From the NCBI GenBank assembly GCA_016179055.1, contig JACOSC010000071.1, positions 947 through 64,946 of the forward strand: a DNA stretch of 64,000 nucleotides, written 5' to 3'. The notes beneath the pieces were generated by a model. It saw only the letters and a list, made by a program, of their open reading frames with translations. It did no database searches and was not told the DNA's origin. This DNA comes from Acidobacteriota bacterium (lineage in GTDB: Bacteria; Acidobacteriota; UBA6911; JACOSC01). Below, in pieces: positions 20,938-30,005 of this stretch (within the stretch, counting starts at the first letter, position 1; each line of letters starts with the position of its first letter). Position numbers and translations under genes: made by a program.

Positions 20938-21151
20938 ACCTTTGCTTCGGATTCCTCTGCTAAGTGGCGGTTTAGAAGATGGCATTATAACGCCTGCCGG
21001 CCACCTTAGCAAGCGGGCCGGCAGTGCGGCAGGAATTCCCGCTCTGGGAATGTGCCCTCTGCGTGGGAATTCCCAGAACTCTTGCCTATTCGGCCCTATT
21101 GCGCTATATTTGCCGTAGCTTCCGGGTACACTTCCTCAGCGCGGTGAGTCT

Positions 21152-22108
21152 ATGGCCTTAGCGGGAAATTTGGAAACAGCATCGCTGGAAAATATACTCC
21201 AGATGTTGAACATGAACAAATCCACCGGCGAGCTGGTGCTTATTCGCGGGTCAAAGCGGATCGGAATCTTCTTTATCGACGGCGCCATTGTTTATTCACA
21301 ATCCACCATCCCCGCCCATGGCATGGAGACTATTCTAATTCGGCGCAGACGGCTCAGCCAAGCCGATTTACAAATGTACATGGCCCTACAGAAGCACTCT
21401 AACAAAGACCTGCTGGCCGTGCTGCTTGAGAATAACGTGATGACGCGACGCGAATGCGTGGTCTGTCTCGATTTCCAAACCGATCAAATCATTTTTGAGG
21501 CGTTAGGATGGGAAGAGGGCACGTTTTATTTTGAAGAGGGCCGTCATCCTGATAAAACCGTTATCCTCATATCTCGAAATCCCATCGACCTTGTGCTTGA
21601 AGGCTTACGCTGTATCGATGAGTGGCGCGAGATTCGAAAGCAATTACCGGCGCGCGATAGTATACTGGAGATCGATTTCAAGGAGAACAGAGATTCCCAA
21701 GCGCTCTCCTTGACTCAGGCGGAATTTAATTTGGCACTTCTTATGAATGGTTCTCGAACACTCAATGACCTGTGCGCGCTCAGTTCGGCTTCCGAGTTTG
21801 ACACCTGCAAGGCCGTGCTGCAATTAATGAGCACAGGGATGGTGAGAGTCAAACGGACCGGAGATGGTCAGCCGGTCAGGCCGTCTACGACTTCTGGGCC
21901 GCATGCGTCGTCTGAGCGAACCTTTGAGGAGACTATCTCGCTGGCGCCGGCGTTGTTGACCACCACCACGTACCGTAGGGCGGCCGTGAAGGTTAAAGGA
22001 TTGGCCAAAGGGAGAGGGCTGCCCTTCACCCATGCATCGCCGGATCCCAGAGTGAGTATTGGTCGGATTAAAGGTCTAGTTGCCACTGTGTTTAAGCCGC
22101 GCAAATAG
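21152..22108 (+). CDS. DUF4388 (PATAN-like) domain protein
   Basis: The N-terminus GNLETASLENILQMLNMNKSTGELVLIRGSKRIGIFFIDGAIVYS is the typical DUF4388 signature. The C-terminal half is low complexity. Confidence 0.7.
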   Translation: MALAGNLETASLENILQMLNMNKSTGELVLIRGSKRIGIFFIDGAIVYSQSTIPAHGMETILIRRRRLSQADLQMYMALQKHSNKDLLAVLLENNVMTRRECVVCLDFQTDQIIFEALGWEEGTFYFEEGRHPDKTVILISRNPIDLVLEGLRCIDEWREIRKQLPARDSILEIDFKENRDSQALSLTQAEFNLALLMNGSRTLNDLCALSSASEFDTCKAVLQLMSTGMVRVKRTGDGQPVRPSTTSGPHASSERTFEETISLAPALLTTTTYRRAAVKVKGLAKGRGLPFTHASPDPRVSIGRIKGLVATVFKPRK

Positions 22109-22337
22109 CGGACGGCGGGCGATGAGGCTCGGGCGTATGCCAACGTGGTGGCCCGCCGGCGCGCACTTTATACCATAGTCCGTTTGTGCTGAGATTCTTG
22201 CCAAAATGGAAAAAGAAATTAATGGCAGAAAGATTTAATTACGGTTAGTCTGGATTTGTTATTCAGTAAATCTTTTGGGTGGTGGCTCGTCTGGGTTACG
22301 TATCTAACTATTTATAGGTTGACACACGTACATAAGT

Positions 22338-22642
22338 CGGCCGCGTAGCGGCCTAATGACTCTAGCCGTGCTTTTCAAGGCACGGTAGGTTCGGCGGCGG
22401 AAATCTCTTTCGTCGCGGAGCGACGATTGAACCACAGCTACGGGATTGAAATTAAGGCCAGTACCTACACTGCACGCCACTTCCGCAGCGTCGAGCGTTA
22501 TTGAGGGAACTGAATTTTCTAGGGGGCCGTAGAACGCCAGGATCGGCGGAATCAATCGTCGCTGACGCGACGGAGCCTGCCGCGGGCTCATGGCCCCGTG
22601 CCCTAAAGGGCACGGCTAAAGTCATTAGGCCGCTACGCGGCC
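22338..22642. repeat. About 305-bp long-palindrome element (MITE-like)
   Basis: Terminal arms ggccgcgtagcggcctaatgact(c/t)tagccgtgc..gcacgg are inverted at 22338-22385 and 22596-22642. Inner arms cgtcgcggagcgacgattga and tcaatcgtcgctgacgcgacg are also inverted. Confidence 0.7.
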
Positions 22643-22816
22643 CGTTGATCCGGCCATCGAGTCGGTCTTCATCATCTGGGTAAGGGCAAGGCGGACGAAT
22701 GGAGCTATTCCGTGGCGGCCCTGCAGGCCTGTCCCCTATGGGTTACTCAGATTTATTGAGAGCCTACAACTTTCAACCTGGTGGGCTCCGGCTCGTCCGG
22801 GTTAGGTTATTAGTCG

Positions 22817-23317
22817 GTGATGAAAGAGAGCCAAATTCGAGAGCAGATTGCCGCCATTGAGGGAACCCTGGTTTCTTGGTTCCCTTATACTTTGCCCAAT
22901 CATTACCCTAATCTTCGTGTTAGCCTGCTTACCGTTTTCTTGCGTCTTCCCGAAGATATTTTGGAAACCTTTCGTGAGCGATTTCACTTTGTGATAGAAG
23001 TGCTGCCGTCCGACACGGAATCCGTGTCCGTCGTGTCGCCTCCGCCGATTGAGCGCGTTCGCTTTGAAGGGGACTATGTCCCTGGGCATTTGCTGAAGCA
23101 GGAAAGCGCGAGAGTCTATCATTATATTTTATTTCTGGAATCGGTGGCGCTGAATAAGTCTTCCGAGTACTTGATGGGGACTATGATTCGCTATCTTGCC
23201 GATGCCTATATCCGTTTTGTGATAAGGAAGCCCTCTTCCCCCGGAGAAGGGGCGGAAACCTTAGCCAAAGAATGGGGATTCACGGCGGAGATCTTGGCCT
23301 ACTTAAAGGAGAAGTAA
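22817..23317 (+). CDS. Hypothetical protein
   Basis: 166-aa ORF, convergent with the kinase-like gene. No motif recognised. Confidence 0.5.
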   Translation: MMKESQIREQIAAIEGTLVSWFPYTLPNHYPNLRVSLLTVFLRLPEDILETFRERFHFVIEVLPSDTESVSVVSPPPIERVRFEGDYVPGHLLKQESARVYHYILFLESVALNKSSEYLMGTMIRYLADAYIRFVIRKPSSPGEGAETLAKEWGFTAEILAYLKEK

Positions 23318-23353
23318 TGGGGTTACAACCGGGCGAGTTTGCGACGGGGTGAG

Positions 23354-25897
23354 TTACAGTGTGCTCATTTCTACGCGCAGCACCGAATTGCCGACGCGGG
23401 CCCCATAGAGAACCTTGCGAGAGTCCGGCGAAAACACCGGCCGCCAGACCTCATCCAAGGCCGGGCCTCTCTTATTGCCGACAACGATAAACTGCTTGCC
23501 CGCATCCTTGGCGATGTAGGCCACCTGCTGGCTGTCGGAGCTAAAAGTTAGACCGGAAATTTGCTCGAAGACTGGGCCTTTCTGGCCTTCAAGCAGGACG
23601 AACGCTCGGCCGTCCTGGTGGGCCACATAAGCGGAGGCCTGATTGTTTGGACTAAAGGTAAAGTCTGAAATGGCTTCGAATTCAGGTCCATAGTTGTCAC
23701 CGCTTACCAAGAAGGCCTTGCCGCTACGGTGCGCGATGTAGCTTATGGTCTTACCATCGGGCGAGTATCTTAGCCCCGAAATACTATCGTATGCGGCGCC
23801 GCTCGGATGATTATCGGTGACAATAAATTCATGGTCGTCCTTCCTGGCCACATAGGCTATATTCTTGCTGTCCGGGCTAAAAACGGGATTTGAAACTTTG
23901 TCATAAGCCTCTCCGCGTTCTTCGCCAACGACGAGCACTTCGTGGTTGCCTTCACGTGCCGCGTAGGCCAGGCGCAGACTATCGGGGCTAAATACCAAAT
24001 CGCCGATGGCGGCGAACTCTTGCCCCTTTTCTTTCCCAAAGACAACAAAAGCTTTTGCCCCTCTCTTGGCGGCATAAGCTATCTTACGGCTATCCGGGCT
24101 AAAAACCATATGGCCGACCCAGTCGTACTCCGATTCCCTCCTATTGTTGCTGACGACAAAAAATTTCTTAGCCTGACGTGCAATATATGCGAGGATCGCC
24201 CCGTTAGGGCTAAAGCTGAGGGTGTCGACGCCGTCAAACAGCGGCCCGCTCTTTTGATTAAGGACAGTCAGTTCGCGTCCGTCCTGCCCGGCCTTGTAAG
24301 CGACTTTGTTCTTCTCCGCGCTAAAGATCACCTGATCTACGGAATCAAATGCAGGACCGCGTTGTCCACCAATCGCGACGTGCCAGAACTGACCCAGCCG
24401 CACTTTGTAAGTCACCTTCGATGTGTCTGGGCTAATATGAATGTCTTGCACGGCGTCGGCAGCATCATGCTCGACGGTCGTGAGCGTGCTTTCACGCACC
24501 CTGAATTCCAATCCGGCGGTCTGTGGCGGGATAATGCCAGTAGTTTGGATCGACCCCGAGGGATCCAATCCGCCGGCCTTCGCGGCTTTGGCCATTTCTT
24601 CCTGGTTTAATTTATAGACAAAGAGGGTAAGAAGTACCCCCATCAGGACAGTTATGCTAACGCTCCACATCCGAACAAATGAGCCATTCTCCACCGTGGC
24701 CCGCTCTTCGCGTTTCTTGATTTTTGAGGCAAAGTGGTCCGCCTCAATTCGTAGAATTTCCGCTCGCTCCTTTTTCTCTTGTTCACTGCTGTACGTTTCT
24801 TCGAGGAATTTTAACCGGCTGTTTTCATGCTCGACCCTCTTCAACTCTTTATATAAAGAGCGTTCCGCGGGATTAAATTCTTCAAGCTGATTCTGCCCCT
24901 CTATCCACTTTCTATACTCATCCAAGAGAGAAGGTCCATCCTGACTCTCTCCTCGCCGGCGGTTGAATGCTTTTTCCTCCGAGTCCTCGTGGCTTTCTTC
25001 CACGGACAAGTTGTCGTACGCCGAGAGGGGCTGGGCTCCTTGATGGCCGCTCAGGGCGGCTCCCATTTCGGCGGCCGTATTCCAACGCTGACTCTTGTCT
25101 TTGGCCAGCGCTTTCTGTAGCACCGCGTTGATCGATTCCGCGACGCCGGCTAGTGGGGCAGGCGTCTCGGTCAGAATGGCTTGGCGTAAGTTGCACCCGG
25201 AAAGTGGGGGTTTCCCCGAAAGCAACTGGTAAAGAATGCAGCCAAGGGCGTAAATGTCGCTACGGGGATCGCTTTCTTCTCCGAGAAGCTGCTCAGGGGC
25301 CATGTTGACCAAAAGCCGGCTGCTGTCGCTGCTCGTTAGGCGAGTCGTCAGGGCACGTGCCACCTTGCCGACGCCAAAGCCTCCCAGCTTGATAGTCCCG
25401 CCCCCGGTCAGTAGAATATTTTTCAGTTTTAGATCTAGATGTGGGATCTTGCGGCTATGCGCGTACTCAAGGCCTCGTATGATTTGTTCTGCAAAATTTA
25501 AAGCGGTCTCAATCGGGATTTTGCCGGCCGGTAATGTGGTCATGAGATCCGCCAGCGATGAGGCGTCCGCATACTCCATGGTCAGGAATTTGCGCTCGCC
25601 GTCGTCACGGACACCAAACAAACGAATAATGTTCTTATGATTAAGAATCGTTGCCTTTTCAATATGGCGAAGCAATTCTCGAACGATCGCGCGGTCTTGA
25701 GCGACAAGGCTATTAAAGACCTTGATAGCGATCTCCGTACTGGTTTCCGTGTCGTAAGCTTGGTATACCGTGCCAAAGAGGCCGGAGCCAATAGTCCTGC
25801 GGACATGATAACGGCTCATGAGTACGGTGCTCGGCGCCAATTCCTTTTCAGCTACTCGTAGGATATCCAATAAGTCAATAGGTTGATCTTCCGCCAT
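23354..25897 (-). CDS. Membrane Ser/Thr kinase-like protein (DFG replaced by GFG) with about 10 PD40-like propeller repeats
   Basis: GSGLFGTV, AIKV, HLDLKLKN and MAPE are present, but KLGGFGVGK stands where DFG is expected. Coiled coil. TM segment ITVLMGVLLTLFVY. Ten units of roughly 36 aa of the type VFSPDS..IAYAA. Confidence 0.85.
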   Translation of the reverse strand: MAEDQPIDLLDILRVAEKELAPSTVLMSRYHVRRTIGSGLFGTVYQAYDTETSTEIAIKVFNSLVAQDRAIVRELLRHIEKATILNHKNIIRLFGVRDDGERKFLTMEYADASSLADLMTTLPAGKIPIETALNFAEQIIRGLEYAHSRKIPHLDLKLKNILLTGGGTIKLGGFGVGKVARALTTRLTSSDSSRLLVNMAPEQLLGEESDPRSDIYALGCILYQLLSGKPPLSGCNLRQAILTETPAPLAGVAESINAVLQKALAKDKSQRWNTAAEMGAALSGHQGAQPLSAYDNLSVEESHEDSEEKAFNRRRGESQDGPSLLDEYRKWIEGQNQLEEFNPAERSLYKELKRVEHENSRLKFLEETYSSEQEKKERAEILRIEADHFASKIKKREERATVENGSFVRMWSVSITVLMGVLLTLFVYKLNQEEMAKAAKAGGLDPSGSIQTTGIIPPQTAGLEFRVRESTLTTVEHDAADAVQDIHISPDTSKVTYKVRLGQFWHVAIGGQRGPAFDSVDQVIFSAEKNKVAYKAGQDGRELTVLNQKSGPLFDGVDTLSFSPNGAILAYIARQAKKFFVVSNNRRESEYDWVGHMVFSPDSRKIAYAAKRGAKAFVVFGKEKGQEFAAIGDLVFSPDSLRLAYAAREGNHEVLVVGEERGEAYDKVSNPVFSPDSKNIAYVARKDDHEFIVTDNHPSGAAYDSISGLRYSPDGKTISYIAHRSGKAFLVSGDNYGPEFEAISDFTFSPNNQASAYVAHQDGRAFVLLEGQKGPVFEQISGLTFSSDSQQVAYIAKDAGKQFIVVGNKRGPALDEVWRPVFSPDSRKVLYGARVGNSVLRVEMSTL

Positions 25898-26625
25898 ACT
25901 AAGAAACCTGTTTCACAGTGACTTCGTTAATTCCGAACTTTCCGCCACACCGATGTTCGAGCATAAGTGCCCTTATGTTATTAATAGGACGGGTCAGGTG
26001 GTCGAAGCTAAGCGTTCCCTAAACATGAAAATTTTACCATTACTAAACAAGGCAATGCAAGAGAAATATTTGGGCGGTGGATTCCCTCATTTACCGTGGT
26101 GGTTCTTGGTGGGAGGTTCGCATCCGAATACATCCCGGAGTTTCCTTTGATGAATTTTTTTAATCGCCGGTGTCTCCAGCCGATGTCCCATTGGCTATAG
26201 CCTCTGCCACGCCATCACTGTTCGCCCGTTATTATTATCTTGGCTTTAAGCAGGTTATCGAGATCCGCGGGAAGTACCTTTCTGGTTAGAGATTTGGATA
26301 ACAACAGAGTCCTGCTTGCTTATCGGATCTGATTTTGTTGGTACAGTAGCTGGCTGCATGACGACCGCGGCGGGTCGGGCAGTCTAATAATACAGGAGGG
26401 TCATCGATGAGGTTTGTGTAATGCCCAAACGGAGCCCTCCCCGACGGTCGGGCTACGGCCCCCGGCTGCGCCCTCTTACGGTGCTTAACTTACCCACAAA
26501 TTTGACGCGCGACCCACATGCGGGGGAAGTTCCGGCCTGCGTGGCAGGGTACACCTCGCATGATAGGCATCAGGCATGAATTGATGGGACCTATCGATCA
26601 GCGCCCCCCTACAGCATCATTATCA

Positions 26626-28104
26626 TCAGAAAACGGTTTGGAGTTGCAAAAGGGGAAAGCCAATGACCCCTGACCGAGCTAACCCTCTGCCGGCCGAGGT
26701 TGTCGGATGCTGAAGATCTTGAACATAATAGTTCATCTGCAGCCTGAGCCGTTTATGGAAATAGGCATTTGCTCCGATGACAACCGTCGTCATTCGATTG
26801 CCGGCGATGTTAAAAGGGTTTCCGAAAAGTTGGCTCGGAAGAACAGGATTCATGGCCGCGAGGACCACGTTCTTTCCAGAATTAATCGACAAGCGATCGA
26901 CGCGGGCAATGAATTGCAATCCTCTGAGTTCGCTCCCGGTCAAAAATACTCCGCCGGAGGCCATGATGCCCCGGCGAACAAAATCGGGAAGGTCAAAAAC
27001 AAGGACGGTGCCGACAGGGATTCGTTCTCGCCGTTGCACTTCACGTACATATTCCCCTTGAAAAAAGGCGAGATGCGAACCGACGGTGAAGTCCCAACGG
27101 AAATCCGCGCCGCTGCGCGTCCGTAGTCCCTGTGTGGCGAGAGTGCCACTCGGAAGGACATTGGGTGGCAGGTTACTTCCCCCGAAAATAAAAGTGGATT
27201 CGGTGGGAAGGACGGGTCGTGTTTCGGCGCCTCGAAGATTGAGCGGTTGCTTGCCAAGTTGCAAACTCCCCGCGAGACTGAGGCCCGATCCGGCGTTAAT
27301 GGCAACTCTCCCGGCGAAATCCATCGCTCCATTGTCGTTAAGCGCATTGGCTAAATTGATGCCATTTCCATTGATAATCGCCGCATCCCACTTAAGCCGG
27401 TCGCCGAGAGCGAGCCCGCCGAAACCAATCCCGATGTTTCGAGCCGTTGTAATAGAATTCAGATTCGATTTCTCAATAAAATCAAGCGTCAGCCTGGAAT
27501 AGATAAACGATTCGCGCCCAAAAGGAGTTTTGAATTGACCGGCTCGGATGAAGAAGTGTTTGCCCAGGCCGGTATAATCAACATAGGCATTTTGCAAAAG
27601 GGCCTGCCCGCCTGTCAGATCGAATCCAAAATTATACTTAAATGCTTGGAAGACAGTCCCCATAAATTCAGGGCGAATCCGGCGAATAGAGAAGGTAGTA
27701 TTTTCACTCGCGCTTCTCGGATATACGACCCATTGCGTGTGAAGGCCTGTCAGGACCTGAAGTGAAAACTTGTTGTCGGAGGTTCGAACCTGTAATCCGT
27801 CACCGCTATAACTGACGCTCGCCGATGGTTGCTTTTTTGTTTCCTTCTGCTTAGGCGCCGCGGACTCTGTGGAGGAAGGCTGCGGTTCGGCGATTGTAAC
27901 GGCGGGCCTAGAAAGGTCATCCAGGCGCTTCTGAATCGCCTGCAGTTGCGTCTGAAGCGCGGACATCTGATTTCGCAACGCATTGATTTCGGCGTCTCGA
28001 TCCGGCGTCGCCCATGCCATCCAAGGAAAACAGGCGGCAAAAAAGACCGTCAAATAAACATATGGAATTTGTCTGCACGTTGATAAAAAGGATGCACGGT
28101 GCAT
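26626..28104 (-). CDS. Phosphate-selective porin O/P family outer-membrane channel
   Basis: GGGAGG lies before ATG 28104. Signal peptide ending WMAWA. Coiled-coil linker. Family-type stretches FSIRRIRPEF and FIRAGQFKTPFGRESF. C-terminal F. Confidence 0.8.
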   Translation of the reverse strand: MHRASFLSTCRQIPYVYLTVFFAACFPWMAWATPDRDAEINALRNQMSALQTQLQAIQKRLDDLSRPAVTIAEPQPSSTESAAPKQKETKKQPSASVSYSGDGLQVRTSDNKFSLQVLTGLHTQWVVYPRSASENTTFSIRRIRPEFMGTVFQAFKYNFGFDLTGGQALLQNAYVDYTGLGKHFFIRAGQFKTPFGRESFIYSRLTLDFIEKSNLNSITTARNIGIGFGGLALGDRLKWDAAIINGNGINLANALNDNGAMDFAGRVAINAGSGLSLAGSLQLGKQPLNLRGAETRPVLPTESTFIFGGSNLPPNVLPSGTLATQGLRTRSGADFRWDFTVGSHLAFFQGEYVREVQRRERIPVGTVLVFDLPDFVRRGIMASGGVFLTGSELRGLQFIARVDRLSINSGKNVVLAAMNPVLPSQLFGNPFNIAGNRMTTVVIGANAYFHKRLRLQMNYYVQDLQHPTTSAGRGLARSGVIGFPLLQLQTVF

Positions 28105-28137
28105 AGGATGTATTTCCTCCCTCACACTGGCACAAAA

Positions 28138-28186
28138 ACACGAAGGAACACAAAAGAGTCGTTTGTGATTCTTTGTTCCTTCGTGT
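28138..28186. repeat. 13-bp-stem hairpin repeat between the gamma and porin genes
   Basis: acacgaaggaaca (28138-28150) pairs with tgttccttcgtgt (28174-28186). Confidence 0.6.
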
Positions 28187-28241
28187 CTTTGTGGTGAAAT
28201 ATTTTTGGTTGCGGCTCTGCTGCGCTGTGTTCTCGGTGTCT

Positions 28242-28520
28242 CTTCCAGCGTGAATCTCTCGATCTTGATCAGGACGCGTTGGATCGTCCAAGCGTCGTTG
28301 TCGGTTGCCCCTTCGAGAAGGTTATAGGTAAAGTGTCCTTGGACGCGATTCTGGAGATGGATTTGGTTGTTCCCGTCTCCCATCTTGAGGCCGTCCCCGA
28401 CCTCGTATGGGGACCGCGAGCCGTTTTCCTCGGCGCTGAGGGTGCGGCCTGCGAGGAACAAGCTCGGCTCGATTAAGACCGCCGTGATCTTTGTGACTTT
28501 GGTTTCACTCGCTTCCCCTT
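28242..28520 (-). pseudogene. Possible remnant of a second porin O/P gene (N-terminal barrel segment only)
   Basis: In frame upstream of the porin: YEVGDGLKMGDGNNQIHLQNRVQGHFTY..WTIQRVLIKIERF parallels YSGDGLQVRTSDNKFSLQVLTGLHTQ..FSIRRIRPEF of the intact porin. No start codon or signal peptide. Confidence 0.3.
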
Positions 28521-30005
28521 TTAATTTTTTACTCCGTCGAAACGATAGGGCAGCCACTCCGACACGCTCTTCTGGCCATCGCGGTCCCTGGCCGATCCGT
28601 CCCACACCGCGACTGCGAGCTTCCCAGCGGTGCGCAGGTCGGCGTCGCCGCCGTAGCGAGTCTCGATGTCCCGCACGAAGACGACCCTCCAGCGGCCGTC
28701 GCGCCAAGCGCCGGTGCCGCTGACGTTCTGTTCCGCCGCCGGCTGCGGCGTCAGGGAACCGGGGCCAATCGCGTTCAAGTCCTCGATCGGCGAGCTGCGT
28801 TTGGCGGCGGCCATCGCGTTGCCCACCGCACCGGCGCGGACAGCGGTCGCTTTGCCGGCGATCTGGCTCGACAGCTCGAGCTGCCAGTCAGCTTTCCAGT
28901 GCCAGATGTTGACCGGCCCCGAGTGCATCCCCATACCGTAAAAGCTCCGCTCGGCCGCGCCCTCGCCCTGTTGGAGCGGAAACTCCAGCGCCACGCCGTC
29001 GCGGAAGTCCTCGATGCGCAGCGGCCGGGCATCCTGGGACGAATCGCGCCATTCGACGCGCACTGCCAGCCGCTTGCCGTCGCTCACGGCACGAACCTCC
29101 GCGGCATCCGGCGCCGCGTCGCGCGCGTACAGAGCCCGCAGCAGAACGGTCGCCGGCGTCGCGCGGTCGAAAATCGTGTCATCGGGGGTTACGCTGGGCG
29201 GCAGTTGCTCGCGAGCTATCACCAGCTCGCGGCTCGGCGCCGGCGGCGGCGCGCCGGACTTGCCGAGCTCCTGGACGAAGCAAGCCAGCGCCCACAGATC
29301 CTCGTCCGGGTAGGAGCCCTGGTAGGCGGGCATCGGCGTACCGCTCAGGCCGGTCGAGAACGTCCGGTAAATGTCCTCGAGCTTGCTGCCGCCCTTCATG
29401 CGGCCGCCGTGGGTGAAATCGTACGCGCGGATCGGATCGCCACGGTCGTCCTTGAGGGTCGTCGACGATGGACCATCGCCCTTGCCGCCCTCGCCGTGGC
29501 ACTTGGCGCAGCCCGCCTTGACGTACACCTGTGCCCCCCTGTCGGTGAGGGAGGCGCAGCTCGGGGCTTTCCCGATGGCGATCGGCGCCGCCGGCGTGCG
29601 CTCCTTCCACTCATTGGAGAATGTCTTGATGTGGGCAATCACCGCGCGCCGCTCGGCGTCGGTCAGTTGAGCCCACGACGGCATCGACGTGCCCGGGACG
29701 CCGTTATCGAGCGTGCGGAGCAGGTCGGCGTCGGTCGGCAACTCGCCCGACGGTGTCGAGCGGAACTTGAACACCGCGCGCGTGAAGTCGCGTGGCCGCG
29801 GCGATAACAAATATGCGATGCTGCCCTTGCCGTTGCCGCGGTCGCCGTGGCAAACGGCGCATTGCGCTTGGTATATCGCCTTGCCGGCGGCGACGGTAGC
29901 AGCAGTCTCACTGCTCTGTCGCGCCGCGCGCCGCGCCACCATGACCGCCACACCCGCGGCGACAAGCACCAGCACCGTGACGGTAAGCGCGATCCTGCGT
30001 CTCAT
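28521..30005 (-). CDS. Gamma subunit: membrane-anchored di-haem cytochrome c fused to an EB_dh-like haem b domain
   Basis: Start ATG 30005 overlaps the delta stop (ATGA). Anchor IALTVTVLVLVAAGVAVMV. Two CxxCH motifs (CAVCHG, CAKCHG). C-terminal domain VRVEWRDSS..DGVALEFPL..YGMGMHSGPVNIWHWKADW..VAVWDGSARDRDGQKSVSEW, as in the gamma subunits of type II DMSO-reductase enzymes. Confidence 0.8.
   Translation of the reverse strand: MRRRIALTVTVLVLVAAGVAVMVARRAARQSSETAATVAAGKAIYQAQCAVCHGDRGNGKGSIAYLLSPRPRDFTRAVFKFRSTPSGELPTDADLLRTLDNGVPGTSMPSWAQLTDAERRAVIAHIKTFSNEWKERTPAAPIAIGKAPSCASLTDRGAQVYVKAGCAKCHGEGGKGDGPSSTTLKDDRGDPIRAYDFTHGGRMKGGSKLEDIYRTFSTGLSGTPMPAYQGSYPDEDLWALACFVQELGKSGAPPPAPSRELVIAREQLPPSVTPDDTIFDRATPATVLLRALYARDAAPDAAEVRAVSDGKRLAVRVEWRDSSQDARPLRIEDFRDGVALEFPLQQGEGAAERSFYGMGMHSGPVNIWHWKADWQLELSSQIAGKATAVRAGAVGNAMAAAKRSSPIEDLNAIGPGSLTPQPAAEQNVSGTGAWRDGRWRVVFVRDIETRYGGDADLRTAGKLAVAVWDGSARDRDGQKSVSEWLPYRFDGVKN

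Noticed and set aside
22284-22806. Partial direct repeat ggctcgtc(t/c)gggtta(c/g)g at 22284-22300 and 22790-22806, either side of the palindromic element.
   Set aside because: It is 15 of 17 identical, but lies 30-140 nt away from the element ends, so it is not a convincing target duplication.
26496-26512. The 13-mer acaaatttgacgc is shared with 39056-39075 in another long spacer.
   Set aside because: A rough expectation for 13-mer matches within 64 kb on both strands is tens of chance pairs, and the surrounding sequence is unrelated.
28105-28707. The ORF track extends the porin to 693 aa (26626-28707), overlapping the 3' end of the gamma gene.
   Set aside because: A strong GGAGG RBS, ATG and signal peptide sit at 28104. 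The extension is Arg-rich antisense or overlap sequence, a repeat hairpin and a porin-like stump without a start. It is treated as non-coding or pseudogenic.
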